50,300 nt of DNA from Vicinamibacteria bacterium (GCA_036556965.1 DATBIO010000144.1:1-50300); one strand, 5' to 3'; shown: positions 10,286 through 20,306, counted from the stretch's first letter. A program made the numbers and translations. Notes: generated by a model from the sequence alone, not told the origin.

Positions 10286-11383
10286 TCAGGCGGTCTCCAT
10301 GCGGTGGGCCTTGCGCCCGCCCCGGCTCACCTGGGCCGGCGGGGCCACGGAGGCCAGCAGCCTCTCCGCGAGGTCGACGGCGCGTCCGGCCAGCGCCGCC
10401 GCGCCCTCGCGCAGCTCGCGGCTCTCGCGCACGAAGGCGACGTTGCGCTCCATGTCCTCCGCCTCCCAGCCGCGCGAGTGGGCGACGTAGGGAAACTGCG
10501 GGAACAGGAAGCCCAGCTCGGCGAAGAAGCCCAGGAGCTGTCCGGCCACCGCCTGCACGTTGTCCTGTCCGCCCACCACGATGAAGGCGGCCACCTTGTT
10601 GCGGATGAGCACGCGGTCCTGGACCGTCACCTGGTTCTGGATGCAGTTCATCCGCTCCGCCATCCGGAAGTACAGGGAGCTCGCCGCTCCCCAGCGGATG
10701 GGCGTGGCCACCAGCACCACGTCCCCCCAGTGCACCAGCGCCTCGTACACGCGGTCGAGCTGGTCGCCGGGGTCCATCTGCGTAATCGAGCAGGGCCAGG
10801 TACAGGCGCGCGCGGCCTTCGAGTAGTACCCCTCGCAGGCGCGGAAGCGCAGCTCGTTGAGGCGGATGACCTGCGTCTCCGCGCCCCGGTCCTCCCGGGC
10901 GCGCGCGAGGGCGGCCTCCAGCAGGGTGTCGGAGGCGGAAAAGCGCGGGTTCGCCTCGTCCATCACCGTGGTCGAGATGCCGACCACGCGGATGGGGCCC
11001 GGCGCGCGCTCCACCGGCCGCTCCAGGGAATGGGGGGGATGGGGCTTGCGGGAGCGGGGCGTCGCCGGCACGAGGTTCACCAGGAGGCGGCCGCCCTCGA
11101 CCCGCGTCTGGTAGCGGGGGACACGGTCCTCCTCGAAGCCGGGCTCGCCCTCCCCGGTGGCGTGGTGGAACTTCCAGTTGTGCCAGGGACAGACGATGTA
11201 GGCGCCGTCGAGCCTCCCCTCGCCCAGCGGCCCCCCGGCATGGTTGCACGCGCCGGAGACGGCGTGGAAGGCCCCGTCCACGTAGCTGAGGGCCAGGGCC
11301 ACGCCTCCCACCCGCACCTGCCGGAGGGGGACGCGCGCCAGCTCCTCCACGGGCCCCACCTCCTGCCACCGCGCTTCGCTCAT
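10286..11383 (-). CDS. Rieske [2Fe-2S] domain fused to an NAD(P)H-dependent FMN-reductase/flavodoxin-like domain
   Basis: N-terminal Rieske motif CNHAGGPLGEGRLDGAYIVCPWH (CxH-x16-CxxH). The C-terminal ~200 aa (IRVVGISTTV...CEGYYSKAARACTWPC...VVLVATPIRWGAASS...) is FMN_red/multimeric-flavodoxin-like. GGAGG lies 5 nt upstream of the ATG. Confidence 0.85.
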   Translation of the reverse strand: MSEARWQEVGPVEELARVPLRQVRVGGVALALSYVDGAFHAVSGACNHAGGPLGEGRLDGAYIVCPWHNWKFHHATGEGEPGFEEDRVPRYQTRVEGGRLLVNLVPATPRSRKPHPPHSLERPVERAPGPIRVVGISTTVMDEANPRFSASDTLLEAALARAREDRGAETQVIRLNELRFRACEGYYSKAARACTWPCSITQMDPGDQLDRVYEALVHWGDVVLVATPIRWGAASSLYFRMAERMNCIQNQVTVQDRVLIRNKVAAFIVVGGQDNVQAVAGQLLGFFAELGFLFPQFPYVAHSRGWEAEDMERNVAFVRESRELREGAAALAGRAVDLAERLLASVAPPAQVSRGGRKAHRMETA

Positions 11384-11461
11384 GACGCCTCCGTCGCGGC
11401 CGATGCTACCGGAGGCCCGCTCCCGCGCGCCTCGCCCGGGAAGGGCAGGGTGTCGCCGGGC

Positions 11462-12025
11462 CTAGAAGCGGTCGGGCCGCGCCTCGACGAGGTAGGGGGC
11501 CACGCGCTCGAAGATCTCCTCCGCCTTCCGCACGTCGGCGTTGGAGAAGTCCGGGCCGGCCTCCGAGGGCGTGTCGCCCTTGCGGCTGAGCTGGGCCACC
11601 CCCACCGGCTCGCCCCCGTACATGATCGGCACCGTCACCATCTTCTGGATGGGAACCGGCCGCTCGCGCAGCTTCACGCTCTCGAAGAAGGCGACGTGCT
11701 TCACCATGGGCACGTTGTTGACCGCCTCCCCCGCGCGCCGGCCGAACACGTTCACGGCGATGGAGTCGCGCTTGGTGACGGGGATGGTGCCGAGGTCCGT
11801 CAGCTTGCGGGGGGCGGCGAACCGCAGGGCCTTGCCGTCCCCGGTGAGGACGAGGATGGCTACCTCGTCGTTCTTGATACCGAACTCCGTGCTGACGCGC
11901 TTGACCACGCGCTCGGCCATGTCCAGGAAGAGCTCCTTGGGGTTGTCCACGTCAGAGCGCTTGCCGGCCATCGCCTTGAGGATCTCGACGAGGTCGTTCA
12001 TCGCGGCGGGGGCGCAGTATAGCAT
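11462..12025 (-). CDS. Stand-alone GAF-domain protein
   Basis: ~180 aa of real-protein composition. The pattern ...VAILVLTGDGKALRFAAP...PVGVAQLSRK... is GAF-like by eye. An alternative ATG at 12001 (MNDLVEIL...) fits better with a TATACT -10-like box at 12021-12016. Confidence 0.7.
   Translation of the reverse strand: MLYCAPAAMNDLVEILKAMAGKRSDVDNPKELFLDMAERVVKRVSTEFGIKNDEVAILVLTGDGKALRFAAPRKLTDLGTIPVTKRDSIAVNVFGRRAGEAVNNVPMVKHVAFFESVKLRERPVPIQKMVTVPIMYGGEPVGVAQLSRKGDTPSEAGPDFSNADVRKAEEIFERVAPYLVEARPDRF
12016..12025. promoter_or_regulatory. Overlapping divergent -10-like boxes between the GAF and PHP genes
   Basis: The plus strand reads TAGCAT (12020-12025), 35 nt upstream of the PHP ATG. 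The minus strand reads TATACT (12021-12016), upstream of GAF ATG 12001. Both sit in the AGTATAGCATGC core. Confidence 0.25.
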
Positions 12026-12059
12026 GCGCGGCGGGCCGGCTTTTCATCCTGGTGAAGCG

Positions 12060-13202
12060 ATGCGCCTCCGCGGGTGGGCGGCGACCGTGGCCGTGATCGC
12101 CGCCCTCCTCCCCGCCCTGGGCCACCGGCCCGCGGGCCGCGCCGTGGACCGGCCCTCCGCCCGCCACGTGCGCGGGGCCGTGCACGTGCACTCCGGCCTG
12201 TCGCTGGACGGCGGGCCCACGGTGGAGGCCATCGCCCGCGCGGCGGCGAAGGCCGGGCTCGACTTCGTCGTCCTCACCGACCACGACACGGACGCGGCCT
12301 GGGCGGCGCGCGGCTGGCACGGGCGGGTGCTGGTGGTGGTGGGAATGGAGCGCACGGCGGCCGAAGGACACGCGCTGGTGCTCGGCGCCTCGCCCCTGGC
12401 GCCCGTCCCGGGCAAGGGGGCGCCGGCGGCGGACGTGGCCCGCGACGCTGCCCGCCGCGGCGGCTTCCTCGTGGGCGCCCACCCCATCTCGCACGGCCCG
12501 GGCAAGCACTGGACGGGCTCCTTCCAGCCGCTTTCGGCGATCGAGGTCGTGAACTTCCTCGACCGCGGGGCCTGGCCGGCGCTCCGGCCCGCCCTGGCCG
12601 CGTCCCTGGTCCGCCTCGTGGTGGACCCGAGGGGGACGCTGCTGCGCGAGTTCCGCTTCTCGCCCGAGCCGCTCCGCCTGTGGGACCGGCTGCTGGCGGA
12701 GAGGCCCGTGGCGGGACTGCTCGGCAGCGACGCGCACGGCGGCTTCCGCGCCCCCGGCCTCTTCGTCCCCGTGCCCGGCCACGAGCTGGTGTTCCGCCTG
12801 GCCAGCCAGCACCTGCTCCTGGCCACGCCCTTCACGGGGGAGGCGGAGGCCGACACCGCCCGGGTGCTCGAGGCGCTCCGCGTCGGCCGCGGCTACGTCG
12901 CCTTCGACGAGGTGGCCGACGCCGACGGGTTCCGCTTCGAGGCCGAGAGCGGGGGCAGGCGCGCGGAGATGGGCGGCGCCCTCGCCATCGCCGGCCACGC
13001 CGTGCTGCGCGTGGCCAGCGGGCAGCCGGAGGCGACCGTGCGCCTCCTCCACGACGGCCGCGAAGTCGCGCGGGGCGCCGGGCTGGCCCACGCGACGGCC
13101 GCCCCGGGCGCGTACCGCGCGGAGGCCTACTTCCCCCGCTCGCCCGCCCCCCATCGCCCCTGGATCATCGCCAACCCCATCCGGCTGGAGGCCGGCCCGT
13201 GA
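12060..13202 (+). CDS. PHP-domain metal-dependent phosphoesterase with N-terminal signal/anchor
   Basis: MRLRGWAATVAVIAALLPALG..., then PHP motifs HVHSGLSLDG, FVVLTDHD and GSDAHG. This is the 3' part of track ORF 11541..13202, with ATG at 12060. Confidence 0.75.
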   Translation: MRLRGWAATVAVIAALLPALGHRPAGRAVDRPSARHVRGAVHVHSGLSLDGGPTVEAIARAAAKAGLDFVVLTDHDTDAAWAARGWHGRVLVVVGMERTAAEGHALVLGASPLAPVPGKGAPAADVARDAARRGGFLVGAHPISHGPGKHWTGSFQPLSAIEVVNFLDRGAWPALRPALAASLVRLVVDPRGTLLREFRFSPEPLRLWDRLLAERPVAGLLGSDAHGGFRAPGLFVPVPGHELVFRLASQHLLLATPFTGEAEADTARVLEALRVGRGYVAFDEVADADGFRFEAESGGRRAEMGGALAIAGHAVLRVASGQPEATVRLLHDGREVARGAGLAHATAAPGAYRAEAYFPRSPAPHRPWIIANPIRLEAGP

Positions 13203-14368
13203 GCCGCCTGTACGAGGCCCTGCGCGCCGAGCCGGGGCCCTGTGCCCTCTTCGAGAGCACCACGCCGCGCGGCCCCCTCTCCCTGCGCAGCCTGCTCGCC
13301 CGCCGCCCGCGCTGGGTCTTCGCCGGCAGCGACCCCGTGGTCGCGATGGGCGAGCTGAGGCGGCGCCTGGCCGCGCTGCCGCGGGACGGAGGCATCGCCG
13401 GCGCCCTCGCCTACGACTTCGCGCGGCCGCCCGCGCGGCGCGCGCGCACCCCGGTGGTGGTGGCCCTCGGCGTGGACCGCTTCGAGGAAGAGGAGCCCTC
13501 GCCCCCGCCCGCGCCGGATCCCTCCGCCACGGCACTGGACCTGGCCCGCCACTCGAACTTCACCCGCGCCCGCTACCGGGAGTGCGTGCTGCGCATCAAG
13601 GAGCACATCGCCCGCGGCGACATCTACCAGGCCAACCTCTCCCAGCGCTTCGCCCTGCCCTGGGACCAGGGCGGCCTCGCCCTCTACGAGCGCCTGCGCC
13701 GCGTCAGCCCCGCCCCCTTCGCCGGCTACCTGCGCGCGGCGGGCCTGGAGATCGTCTCCGCCTCGCCCGAGCGGCTGCTGTCCGTGGAGGGTGACACGGC
13801 GGTGACGCGGCCCATCGCGGGCACGCGGCCACGCTCCGCCGACGAAGGACGCGACCGGAGCCTGCGCGCCGAGCTGCTGCTGAGCGAGAAGGAGCGCGCC
13901 GAGCACCTGATGCTGGTGGACCTGGCGCGCAACGACCTGGGCCAGGTGGCGCGCACGGGCAGCGTCCAGGTGGACGAGCTGATGCTGGTGGAGGACTACT
14001 CGCACGTCCGCCACATCGTCTCCAACGTCACCGCGCGCCTGGAGGCGGGCAGGGGCGCCCTCGACGCCCTGGTGGCGCTGTTCCCCGGAGGGACCATCAC
14101 CGGCGTGCCCAAGAAGCGCTGCATGGAGATCCTCGACGCCGTGGAGCCGGCGCCGCGCGGCTTCTACACGGGGGCGCTGTTCTACGTCACGGGCGGCGGC
14201 CGCCTGGACGCCAACATCCTGATCCGCAGCGCCGTGGTGCGCGAGGGCACGCTCGTCTTCCACGCCGGGGGCGGCATCGTGGCCGACTCCGACCCCGACG
14301 TGGAGTACGAGGAGACGCTGCACAAGGCGGAGGCCATGAGGCTGGCCATCGCCTCGCTCCTCACGTAG
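13199..14368 (+). CDS. pabB: Chorismate-utilising enzyme, aminodeoxychorismate/anthranilate synthase component I family (short, PabB-like)
   Basis: The GTG start sits in a GTGA overlap with the upstream stop. Motifs: IARGDIYQANLSQRF, PIAGTRPR, LLLSEKERAEHLMLVDLARNDLG, GGTITGVPKKR, GGGIVADSDP. There is no long N-terminal regulatory domain, so the pabB symbol is tentative. Confidence 0.82.
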   Translation: MSRLYEALRAEPGPCALFESTTPRGPLSLRSLLARRPRWVFAGSDPVVAMGELRRRLAALPRDGGIAGALAYDFARPPARRARTPVVVALGVDRFEEEEPSPPPAPDPSATALDLARHSNFTRARYRECVLRIKEHIARGDIYQANLSQRFALPWDQGGLALYERLRRVSPAPFAGYLRAAGLEIVSASPERLLSVEGDTAVTRPIAGTRPRSADEGRDRSLRAELLLSEKERAEHLMLVDLARNDLGQVARTGSVQVDELMLVEDYSHVRHIVSNVTARLEAGRGALDALVALFPGGTITGVPKKRCMEILDAVEPAPRGFYTGALFYVTGGGRLDANILIRSAVVREGTLVFHAGGGIVADSDPDVEYEETLHKAEAMRLAIASLLT

Positions 14369-15794
14369 CGGGCGCGCCCAGGCCCGCGCGCCAGGCGATC
14401 AGCAGCGTGGCCGCGTAGACGGCCGCGCCCAGGGCGATGGAGGCGGGCAGCCCCAGGGGGGCGAAGGACACCGCCGCCGCCATGGGCACGGAAAGGGCGA
14501 GGGCGCGCAGGAGGGGCAGGGCCACCGGCACCGCGAAACCGGCCGCCGCGCACGCGTAGGCCGTCATGCACAGCAGCGCCACCTCGGCCATGGCCAGGCC
14601 GGCGGCGGCGCCCGTCGCTCCCGCCGCGGGCACCAGGACCACGGCCCCCAGCGCGCCCAGGACCACGCGCACGGCCATGATCCCGGGCAGGCGCGACGCG
14701 CGGCCCACGGCGATGAGCGACCACACGGCCACCACGTTGGTGAACGTCGCCACCACGGCCAGCCCGAGCACGCGCAGCGCCGGCGCTCCCGCCGCGTAGC
14801 CGGGCCCCAGGAGGGCCAGCACGCGCGGCGCCTCCAGGGCCAGGCCCAGGCCCGCCGGCACCGCCAGCAGGGCCACCGTCGCGGCGAGGCGTCGGCGGAC
14901 ATCGGCGGGCGCCCCTCCTCCGGCGGAGGCACGGAGGCCCTCGCGGGTCAGGGACGGCATGGCCCCCGCGGTCACCGCGGACGGCAGCGCGCCCAGGGAC
15001 TCCAGGATCTTGAGGGCCGCCCCGAAGAGGCCGGCCTCGCGCGGGCCGCGCAGGAAGTACAGGGCCAGCAGCTCCACGCGCAGGCTCACCATGGTGAGGA
15101 CGCCGTTCACGAACAGCGGCAGCGACTCGCGCAGGACGCCGGCCACCGTGGAGCGGGGCTCGCCCGCGGGCTCCCGCGCGCGCCCCAGCAGCAGGAAGGC
15201 GAAGGCCAGGGGGGGAAGCGTGGAGGCGGCGTGGGCCCAGGCCAGCGCGGCCAGGCCCGTCCCCGCGCGCAGGGCCAGGGCCACCGCGGCCAGGGTGGAA
15301 GCGCGCAGGACGAGGAGGACCAGCGCCTCGTGCAGGCGCCGGCCCCGCGCGCGCAGGGCGACGCCGCACAGCTCGCTCCAGCCCGCCACCACGTAGAACA
15401 GGACGAGCGCGGGCTGCAGCGCCAGGGCCGGCCCGGCCAGGGCGGGGACGAGCCGCGCCGCGGCCGCGGGCAGGGCCACGCCCGCCGCGGCCACGCCCAC
15501 GCTCACCGCGAGCTTGGCCCGCAGCAGGGCGGGGAGGGACAGCGTACGCGCCACCAGCGCGCGGGCGGCCGTGGCTTGCAGCCCCAGCTCCGCCAGCTCG
15601 GCGGCGATGACGGCGATGCCCGAGGCGGCGGCGAAGAGGCCGAAGCGCTCCACCCCCAGGGCGGCGGCGAGGAGGAAGGTGGTGGCCACGCTGAGCAGGC
15701 GCCCCCCGACCTCCGCGGCGAGGCGGATCCCGCTCCCCCGCGTGGCGAGGTCGGCCTCCGAGGGCGCGGGAGCGCCCACGCGCTCCTCGCTCAT
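14361..15794 (-). CDS. MOP-superfamily polysaccharide/oligosaccharide flippase (Wzx/MurJ-like)
   Basis: ~478 aa and polytopic (about 12-14 hydrophobic helices), with the general organisation of polysaccharide-biosynthesis flippases. I prefer ATG 15794 (MSEERVG...) over the track start 15851. Its 3' end overlaps the pabB-like gene convergently by 8 nt. Confidence 0.72.
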   Translation of the reverse strand: MSEERVGAPAPSEADLATRGSGIRLAAEVGGRLLSVATTFLLAAALGVERFGLFAAASGIAVIAAELAELGLQATAARALVARTLSLPALLRAKLAVSVGVAAAGVALPAAAARLVPALAGPALALQPALVLFYVVAGWSELCGVALRARGRRLHEALVLLVLRASTLAAVALALRAGTGLAALAWAHAASTLPPLAFAFLLLGRAREPAGEPRSTVAGVLRESLPLFVNGVLTMVSLRVELLALYFLRGPREAGLFGAALKILESLGALPSAVTAGAMPSLTREGLRASAGGGAPADVRRRLAATVALLAVPAGLGLALEAPRVLALLGPGYAAGAPALRVLGLAVVATFTNVVAVWSLIAVGRASRLPGIMAVRVVLGALGAVVLVPAAGATGAAAGLAMAEVALLCMTAYACAAAGFAVPVALPLLRALALSVPMAAAVSFAPLGLPASIALGAAVYAATLLIAWRAGLGAPAT

Positions 15795-15844
15795 GCCCGC
15801 CGGCCGAAGCGGGCCGCTCCGGGCGCCCGTGTATACTCGCGACC

Positions 15845-16678
15845 GTGCCACCCAGCGCGCTCCGTTTTTCGCTCACGGCCGTGCTGTGCGCGGTGGCGGT
15901 GCTGGTCATCGTCTGGGGCCACCTCGGCGCCGGGCTCCGCCGCAGCCTCGCCCTCGTGACCAGCGGGCTGGGCGTGCTGTTCCTCGTCCTGGCCCTGGGC
16001 GCGGAGGGGCAGCGCGAGGCCACCCCCACCGGCTCCGTGCTGCTGCGTATGCGCTACGCGGGAGAGCCGGCCTCGGCCGCCGCCGCCGTCCCCTACTACG
16101 TGCTCACGGCCCTCTGCCTGCTGCTGGGGACGCTCGGCCTCGCCGTCCCCGACCGCGCCGCGGACGGGCTGCGCCAGCACTGGCTGGTCCTGGCCACGGG
16201 CCTGAGCCTGGTCGTCACCGCCCTGCGCTTCGCCCTGGAGAAGGCGGCCGCGCCATGGGCGTGGGCGTGGGCGGCGGGAATCACCGTGCTGGCGCCCGTG
16301 GTCGGCGGGGCCTTCGCCTGGTGCCTGAAGGACGCGCGGCCGCTCTTCGGCCGGCTGGTGCGCGCGCTGCTGGTCTACGGCCTCTCCGCGCGCGCCGGGG
16401 TGGCCCTCATGTACGTCCTGGCCACCACGCTGCACCTCGGCTCCCACTACGACCTCTCCGCCGCCACCATCCGCGTGGAGTACCCGATGTCTGCGGGCAT
16501 GGTGGAGCTGGTGCCGGGCAGCTTCCACCAGCTGCTGTCCGCCGTGCTGCTGCCCCAGCTCCTGGTCTGGCCGGTCTACACCGTGCTGGCGGGGGTCCTG
16601 GGCGCCCTGCCCGTGCTGCTGGTGCTGCAGGCGCGCGGCGCGGCGGGCGTGGCCGCCCACACGGAAGCTCGTCCCTGA
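15845..16678 (+). CDS. Polytopic membrane protein, unknown function
   Basis: 277 aa with a GTG start and about 7-8 hydrophobic helices. I recognise no family. It is divergent from the flippase gene. Confidence 0.6.
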   Translation: MPPSALRFSLTAVLCAVAVLVIVWGHLGAGLRRSLALVTSGLGVLFLVLALGAEGQREATPTGSVLLRMRYAGEPASAAAAVPYYVLTALCLLLGTLGLAVPDRAADGLRQHWLVLATGLSLVVTALRFALEKAAAPWAWAWAAGITVLAPVVGGAFAWCLKDARPLFGRLVRALLVYGLSARAGVALMYVLATTLHLGSHYDLSAATIRVEYPMSAGMVELVPGSFHQLLSAVLLPQLLVWPVYTVLAGVLGALPVLLVLQARGAAGVAAHTEARP

Positions 16679-16692
16679 GCCGGCCCGACCGC

Positions 16693-16878
16693 TCAGCGGT
16701 CGCGGCAGCTCGTGATCTCGGGCTGGTCGATCACGCAGCGCCGGTTTTCGTCGTTGAACTGTGCGCAGACCAGGCCGCTGCGGCAGTCGTCGTCGCTGCT
16801 GCACCGGTCGCACTCGCCGGCGCCCCCGCAACCGGCGAGAGCGAGGAGGAGGAGCGCGGCGGAGGCCCGGCGCGTCAT
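16693..16878 (-). CDS. Small cysteine-rich lipoprotein
   Basis: 61 aa: MTRRASAALLLLALAGC, i.e. signal peptide plus lipobox (LAGC). The mature peptide is ~45 aa with six further Cys (CDRCSSDDDCRSGLVC...RRC...SC). Confidence 0.6.
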   Translation of the reverse strand: MTRRASAALLLLALAGCGGAGECDRCSSDDDCRSGLVCAQFNDENRRCVIDQPEITSCRDR

Positions 16879-16903
16879 TCACGGCCATTGTAAGCCCTTG
16901 AAA

Positions 16904-16933
16904 TTGACGCGTTTTCGAGGCGCGTGCTAACCT
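16904..16933 (+). promoter_or_regulatory. Candidate sigma70-type promoter of ileS
   Basis: TTGACG (16904-16909), an 18-nt spacer, then TGc-TAACCT (extended -10, 16925-16933). It sits in an unusually AT-rich 72-nt divergent intergenic region and is followed by a pyrimidine-rich leader with no obvious SD. Confidence 0.35.
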
Positions 16934-16950
16934 GCTTTTCTTTTTCGCCC

Positions 16951-19782
16951 ATGGACCTCAAGTCAACTCTGAACCTGCCGCGCACGGACTTCCCGATGAA
17001 GGCCAACCTGCCGCAGACGGAGCCCCGTCGCGTCCAGGCCTGGCGCGAGCAGGACCTCTACGGCCAGGTGCGGCGCGCCCGCCGCGGCGACCCGCCGTTC
17101 ATCCTGCACGATGGGCCGCCGTACGCCAACGGCGACGTCCACCTCGGCACCGCCCTCAACAAGATCCTGAAGGACGTGGTGGTGCGCAGCCGCGCCATGG
17201 CCGGGCACGACGCGCCCTACGTGCCGGGCTGGGACTGCCACGGCCTCCCCATCGAGCTCAAGGTGGACAAGGACCTCGGGGCCCGCAAGAAGGACCTGGG
17301 GCCGGTGGCCTTCCGCCAGAAGTGCCGCGCCTACGCCGAGAAGTGGCTGGGCGTCCAGCGGCAGCAGTTCGAGCGCCTGGGCATCCTGGGCGAGTGGGAC
17401 ACGCCGTACCTGACCATGAGCCCCGACTACCAGGCCGCCATCGTGCGCGAGCTGGCCACCTTCACCGGGAAGGGGCTGGTCTACAAGGCGAAGAAGTCGG
17501 TGCACTGGTGCATCTCGTGCCGCACGGCCCTGGCCGAGGCGGAGGTGGAGTACGACGAGAGCCATCGCAGCCCCTCCATCGACGTGCGCTTCCCGCTCGC
17601 CCCCGACGAGCACGAGAAGCTTGCGGCGCGCCATCCCGGCCTCCGCGGCCGGCGCCTGGCCGCCGTGATCTGGACCACCACCCCGTGGACGCTGCCCGCG
17701 AACCTGGCCCTGGCCTTCCACCCCGACGCCGACTACGCGTTCTACGCCGTGGAGGGCACGGACGAAGCGGTGGTGGTGGCCGCCGCGCTGCGCGAGGCCA
17801 CGGCCGCGCGCTGGACGCGCGACGCCGTGGGGGACGGGCCGGCGCGCCTGGGGGAGCCGCTGGCCCGGCTCAAGGGCGCCCTTCTGGAGGGCGTGCGCTT
17901 CCGCCACCCGTGGCTGGACCGGGACGCGCCGGGAGTGCTGGGCGACTACGTGACCCTCGACACGGGCACGGGCGTGGTGCACACCGCGCCCGGGCACGGC
18001 TGGGACGACTACCTCACCGGCGTCCGCTACGGGCTGGACATCTACTGCCCGGTGGACGAGGCCGGGCGCTTCCTGCCCGAGGTCCCGGAGTTCGCGGGGC
18101 GCAAGGTGTTCGAGGCCAACCCCGAGATCGTGCGCTTCCTGGCGGAGAGGGGGGCCCTGCTCTCCTCGGGGACCGAGGTGCACGCCTATCCCATCTGCTG
18201 GCGGTGCAAGAACCCGATCATCTTCCGCGCCACCTTCCAGTGGTTCATCGCCCTCGACCAGCCCGTGGACGGCGGCACCCTGCGGGCGCGGGCGCTGCGG
18301 GCCATCGCCCGCGTGCGCTGGTACCCGGCCTGGGGCGAGGAGCGGATCCGCAACATGGTCGCGGAACGGCCCGACTGGTGCATCTCGCGCCAGCGGCTGT
18401 GGGGCGTGCCCATTCCCGCCTTCTACTGCAAGGGCTGCGCGGAGGTCCTCCTCACGGCGGAGCTGTGCCGGCACGTGGCCGACCTGTTCGAGGCGGACAG
18501 CGCGGACGCCTGGTACGCGAAGGAGGCCCGGGAGCTGCTCCCCGCGGGCTTCCGCTGCCCGCGCTGCGGGGGGGAGGACTTCGAGAAGGAGCGCGACATC
18601 CTCGACGTCTGGTTCGACTCGGGGTCCTCGCACGCCGCCGTGCTGGCGCGGCGCGAGGGCCTGCGCTGGCCGGCCGACGTCTACCTGGAGGGCAGCGACC
18701 AGCACCGGGGGTGGTTCCACTCCTCGCTGCTGGTGGGGGTGGGGACGCGCGGGGACGCCCCCTACCGCCAGGTCGTCACGCACGGCTTCACGGTGGACGC
18801 CCAGGGCCGCAAGATCTCCAAGAGCGTGGGCAACGACGTGGACACCCAGAAGCTCCTCAACACCTACGGGGCGGAGATCCTCCGCCTGTGGACGGTGATG
18901 GTGGACTACCGCGAGGACATGCGGTTCTCGGAGGAGATGCTGCAGCGGGTGGCGGAGGCCTACCGCAAGATCCGCAACACCCTCCGCTACCTGCTCTCGA
19001 ACCTCTTCGACTTCGAGCCCTCGCGGCATTCGGTGGCGGAGGCGGACCTCGCGGAGCTGGACCGCTACGCCCTGGCCCGTCACCACCGCTTCGTGGCCCG
19101 CGTGCGGGAGGCCTACGCGAGCTACGAGTTCCACGTCGTCTACCACCAGCTCGTGCAGTACTGCACGGTGGACCTCTCCGCCTTCTACCTCGACGTGCTC
19201 AAGGACCGGCTCTACTGCGACCCCGCGGACGGCCCGCGTCGGCGCTCCGCGCAGACGGTGCTCCTGCGCATCGCCGACGACCTGAGCCGTCTCATGGCCC
19301 CCGTGCTCCCCTTCACCTCCGACGAGGTCTGGCCGCTGCTGCCCGGCCGCCGCGAGGGGTCGGTGCACCTGGCGCACTTCCCCTCCGCCGAGGGCCGCGA
19401 CGACCTCGTGCTCGCGCGCTGGGGGCAGCTCCTGGAGGTGCGCGAGGCCGCCCTCAAGGCCCTGGAGGAGGCGCGCGCGCAGAAGACGATCAGCTCGGGG
19501 CTGGAGGCACGCGCGGAGATCTCCGCGCCCCCGGCGCTCCTGGGCCTCCTGCGCGAGCACGAGGAGCGGAGCACGGTCTTCCCCGGCAACCTGGCCAACC
19601 TCCTCATCGTCAGCCGGGTGGACCTGCGGGAGGGCGACACCCTCGCCGTGCGCGTGTCGCGGGCGGAGGGCGGGAAGTGCGAGCGCTGCTGGACGTATTC
19701 GCCGGAGGTGGGACGGCTCGACGCGCACGAGGGAGTCTGCCCGCGCTGCGCCACGGTCCTCGAGGCCATGGAGGTGCGATGA
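16951..19782 (+). CDS. ileS: Isoleucine--tRNA ligase (type 1, C-terminal zinc finger)
   Basis: [22 protein letters not shown]..., HIGH-type motif [16 protein letters not shown]-type KISKSVGN, and C-terminal CERCW...CPRC. ATG at 16951; the track start 16924 lies upstream. Confidence 0.97.
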   Translation: MDLKSTLNLPRTDFPMKANLPQTEPRRVQAWREQDLYGQVRRARRGDPPFILHDGPPYANGDVHLGTALNKILKDVVVRSRAMAGHDAPYVPGWDCHGLPIELKVDKDLGARKKDLGPVAFRQKCRAYAEKWLGVQRQQFERLGILGEWDTPYLTMSPDYQAAIVRELATFTGKGLVYKAKKSVHWCISCRTALAEAEVEYDESHRSPSIDVRFPLAPDEHEKLAARHPGLRGRRLAAVIWTTTPWTLPANLALAFHPDADYAFYAVEGTDEAVVVAAALREATAARWTRDAVGDGPARLGEPLARLKGALLEGVRFRHPWLDRDAPGVLGDYVTLDTGTGVVHTAPGHGWDDYLTGVRYGLDIYCPVDEAGRFLPEVPEFAGRKVFEANPEIVRFLAERGALLSSGTEVHAYPICWRCKNPIIFRATFQWFIALDQPVDGGTLRARALRAIARVRWYPAWGEERIRNMVAERPDWCISRQRLWGVPIPAFYCKGCAEVLLTAELCRHVADLFEADSADAWYAKEARELLPAGFRCPRCGGEDFEKERDILDVWFDSGSSHAAVLARREGLRWPADVYLEGSDQHRGWFHSSLLVGVGTRGDAPYRQVVTHGFTVDAQGRKISKSVGNDVDTQKLLNTYGAEILRLWTVMVDYREDMRFSEEMLQRVAEAYRKIRNTLRYLLSNLFDFEPSRHSVAEADLAELDRYALARHHRFVARVREAYASYEFHVVYHQLVQYCTVDLSAFYLDVLKDRLYCDPADGPRRRSAQTVLLRIADDLSRLMAPVLPFTSDEVWPLLPGRREGSVHLAHFPSAEGRDDLVLARWGQLLEVREAALKALEEARAQKTISSGLEARAEISAPPALLGLLREHEERSTVFPGNLANLLIVSRVDLREGDTLAVRVSRAEGGKCERCWTYSPEVGRLDAHEGVCPRCATVLEAMEVR

Positions 19783-20306
19783 CCACGGGCGCCACGAGGG
19801 CCTTCTCCGCGCTCCTCGTGGGCGTGGTGGTGGTCCTCGACCAGGCCACCAAGGCCCTGGTGGACCGGTTCTTCGAGCTGCACGAGAGCCGGCCCCTCAT
19901 CGAGGGCCTCCTGCACCTGACCTACGTGCGCAACCGCGGGGCCGCCTTCGGCATCATGAACGAGGCGGGCCTGCCCTATCAGTCCGTGCTGTTCTCGGTG
20001 GTCAGCGTGCTGGCCCTGCTGGCCATCGCCTACTACGCATGGCGGTTGCCCGCGTCCAGCACGCTGCCTCGCGTGGGCCTCGGCCTCATCATGGGCGGGG
20101 CGCTGGGCAACCTGGTGGACCGCGTGCGCTTCGGCTACGTCATCGACTTCGTGGACGCCTTCTGGGGCACCTACCACTGGCCCGCCTTCAACGTGGCGGA
20201 CTCGTGCATCACCATCGGGGTGAGCCTGCTCATCCTCGACATGCTGAGGAACCCGCAGCCTTCCACGCGCGAGGGGCTGCCCGCCTCCCCCGCGGGAGGG
20301 AGCTGA
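19779..20306 (+). CDS. lspA: Lipoprotein signal peptidase (signal peptidase II)
   Basis: ATGA overlap with the ileS stop. Motifs: [25 protein letters not shown]. This is the 3' part of track ORF 17322..20306. Confidence 0.93.
   Translation: MTTGATRAFSALLVGVVVVLDQATKALVDRFFELHESRPLIEGLLHLTYVRNRGAAFGIMNEAGLPYQSVLFSVVSVLALLAIAYYAWRLPASSTLPRVGLGLIMGGALGNLVDRVRFGYVIDFVDAFWGTYHWPAFNVADSCITIGVSLLILDMLRNPQPSTREGLPASPAGGS

Noticed and set aside
16963-19728. 921-aa minus-strand ORF opposite ileS, together with the 5' part of plus-strand track ORF 17322..20306
   Set aside because: ileS occupies this interval with HIGH and KMSKS motifs. Only the last 528 nt of 17322..20306 (lspA) is real; the rest is an out-of-frame read through ileS.
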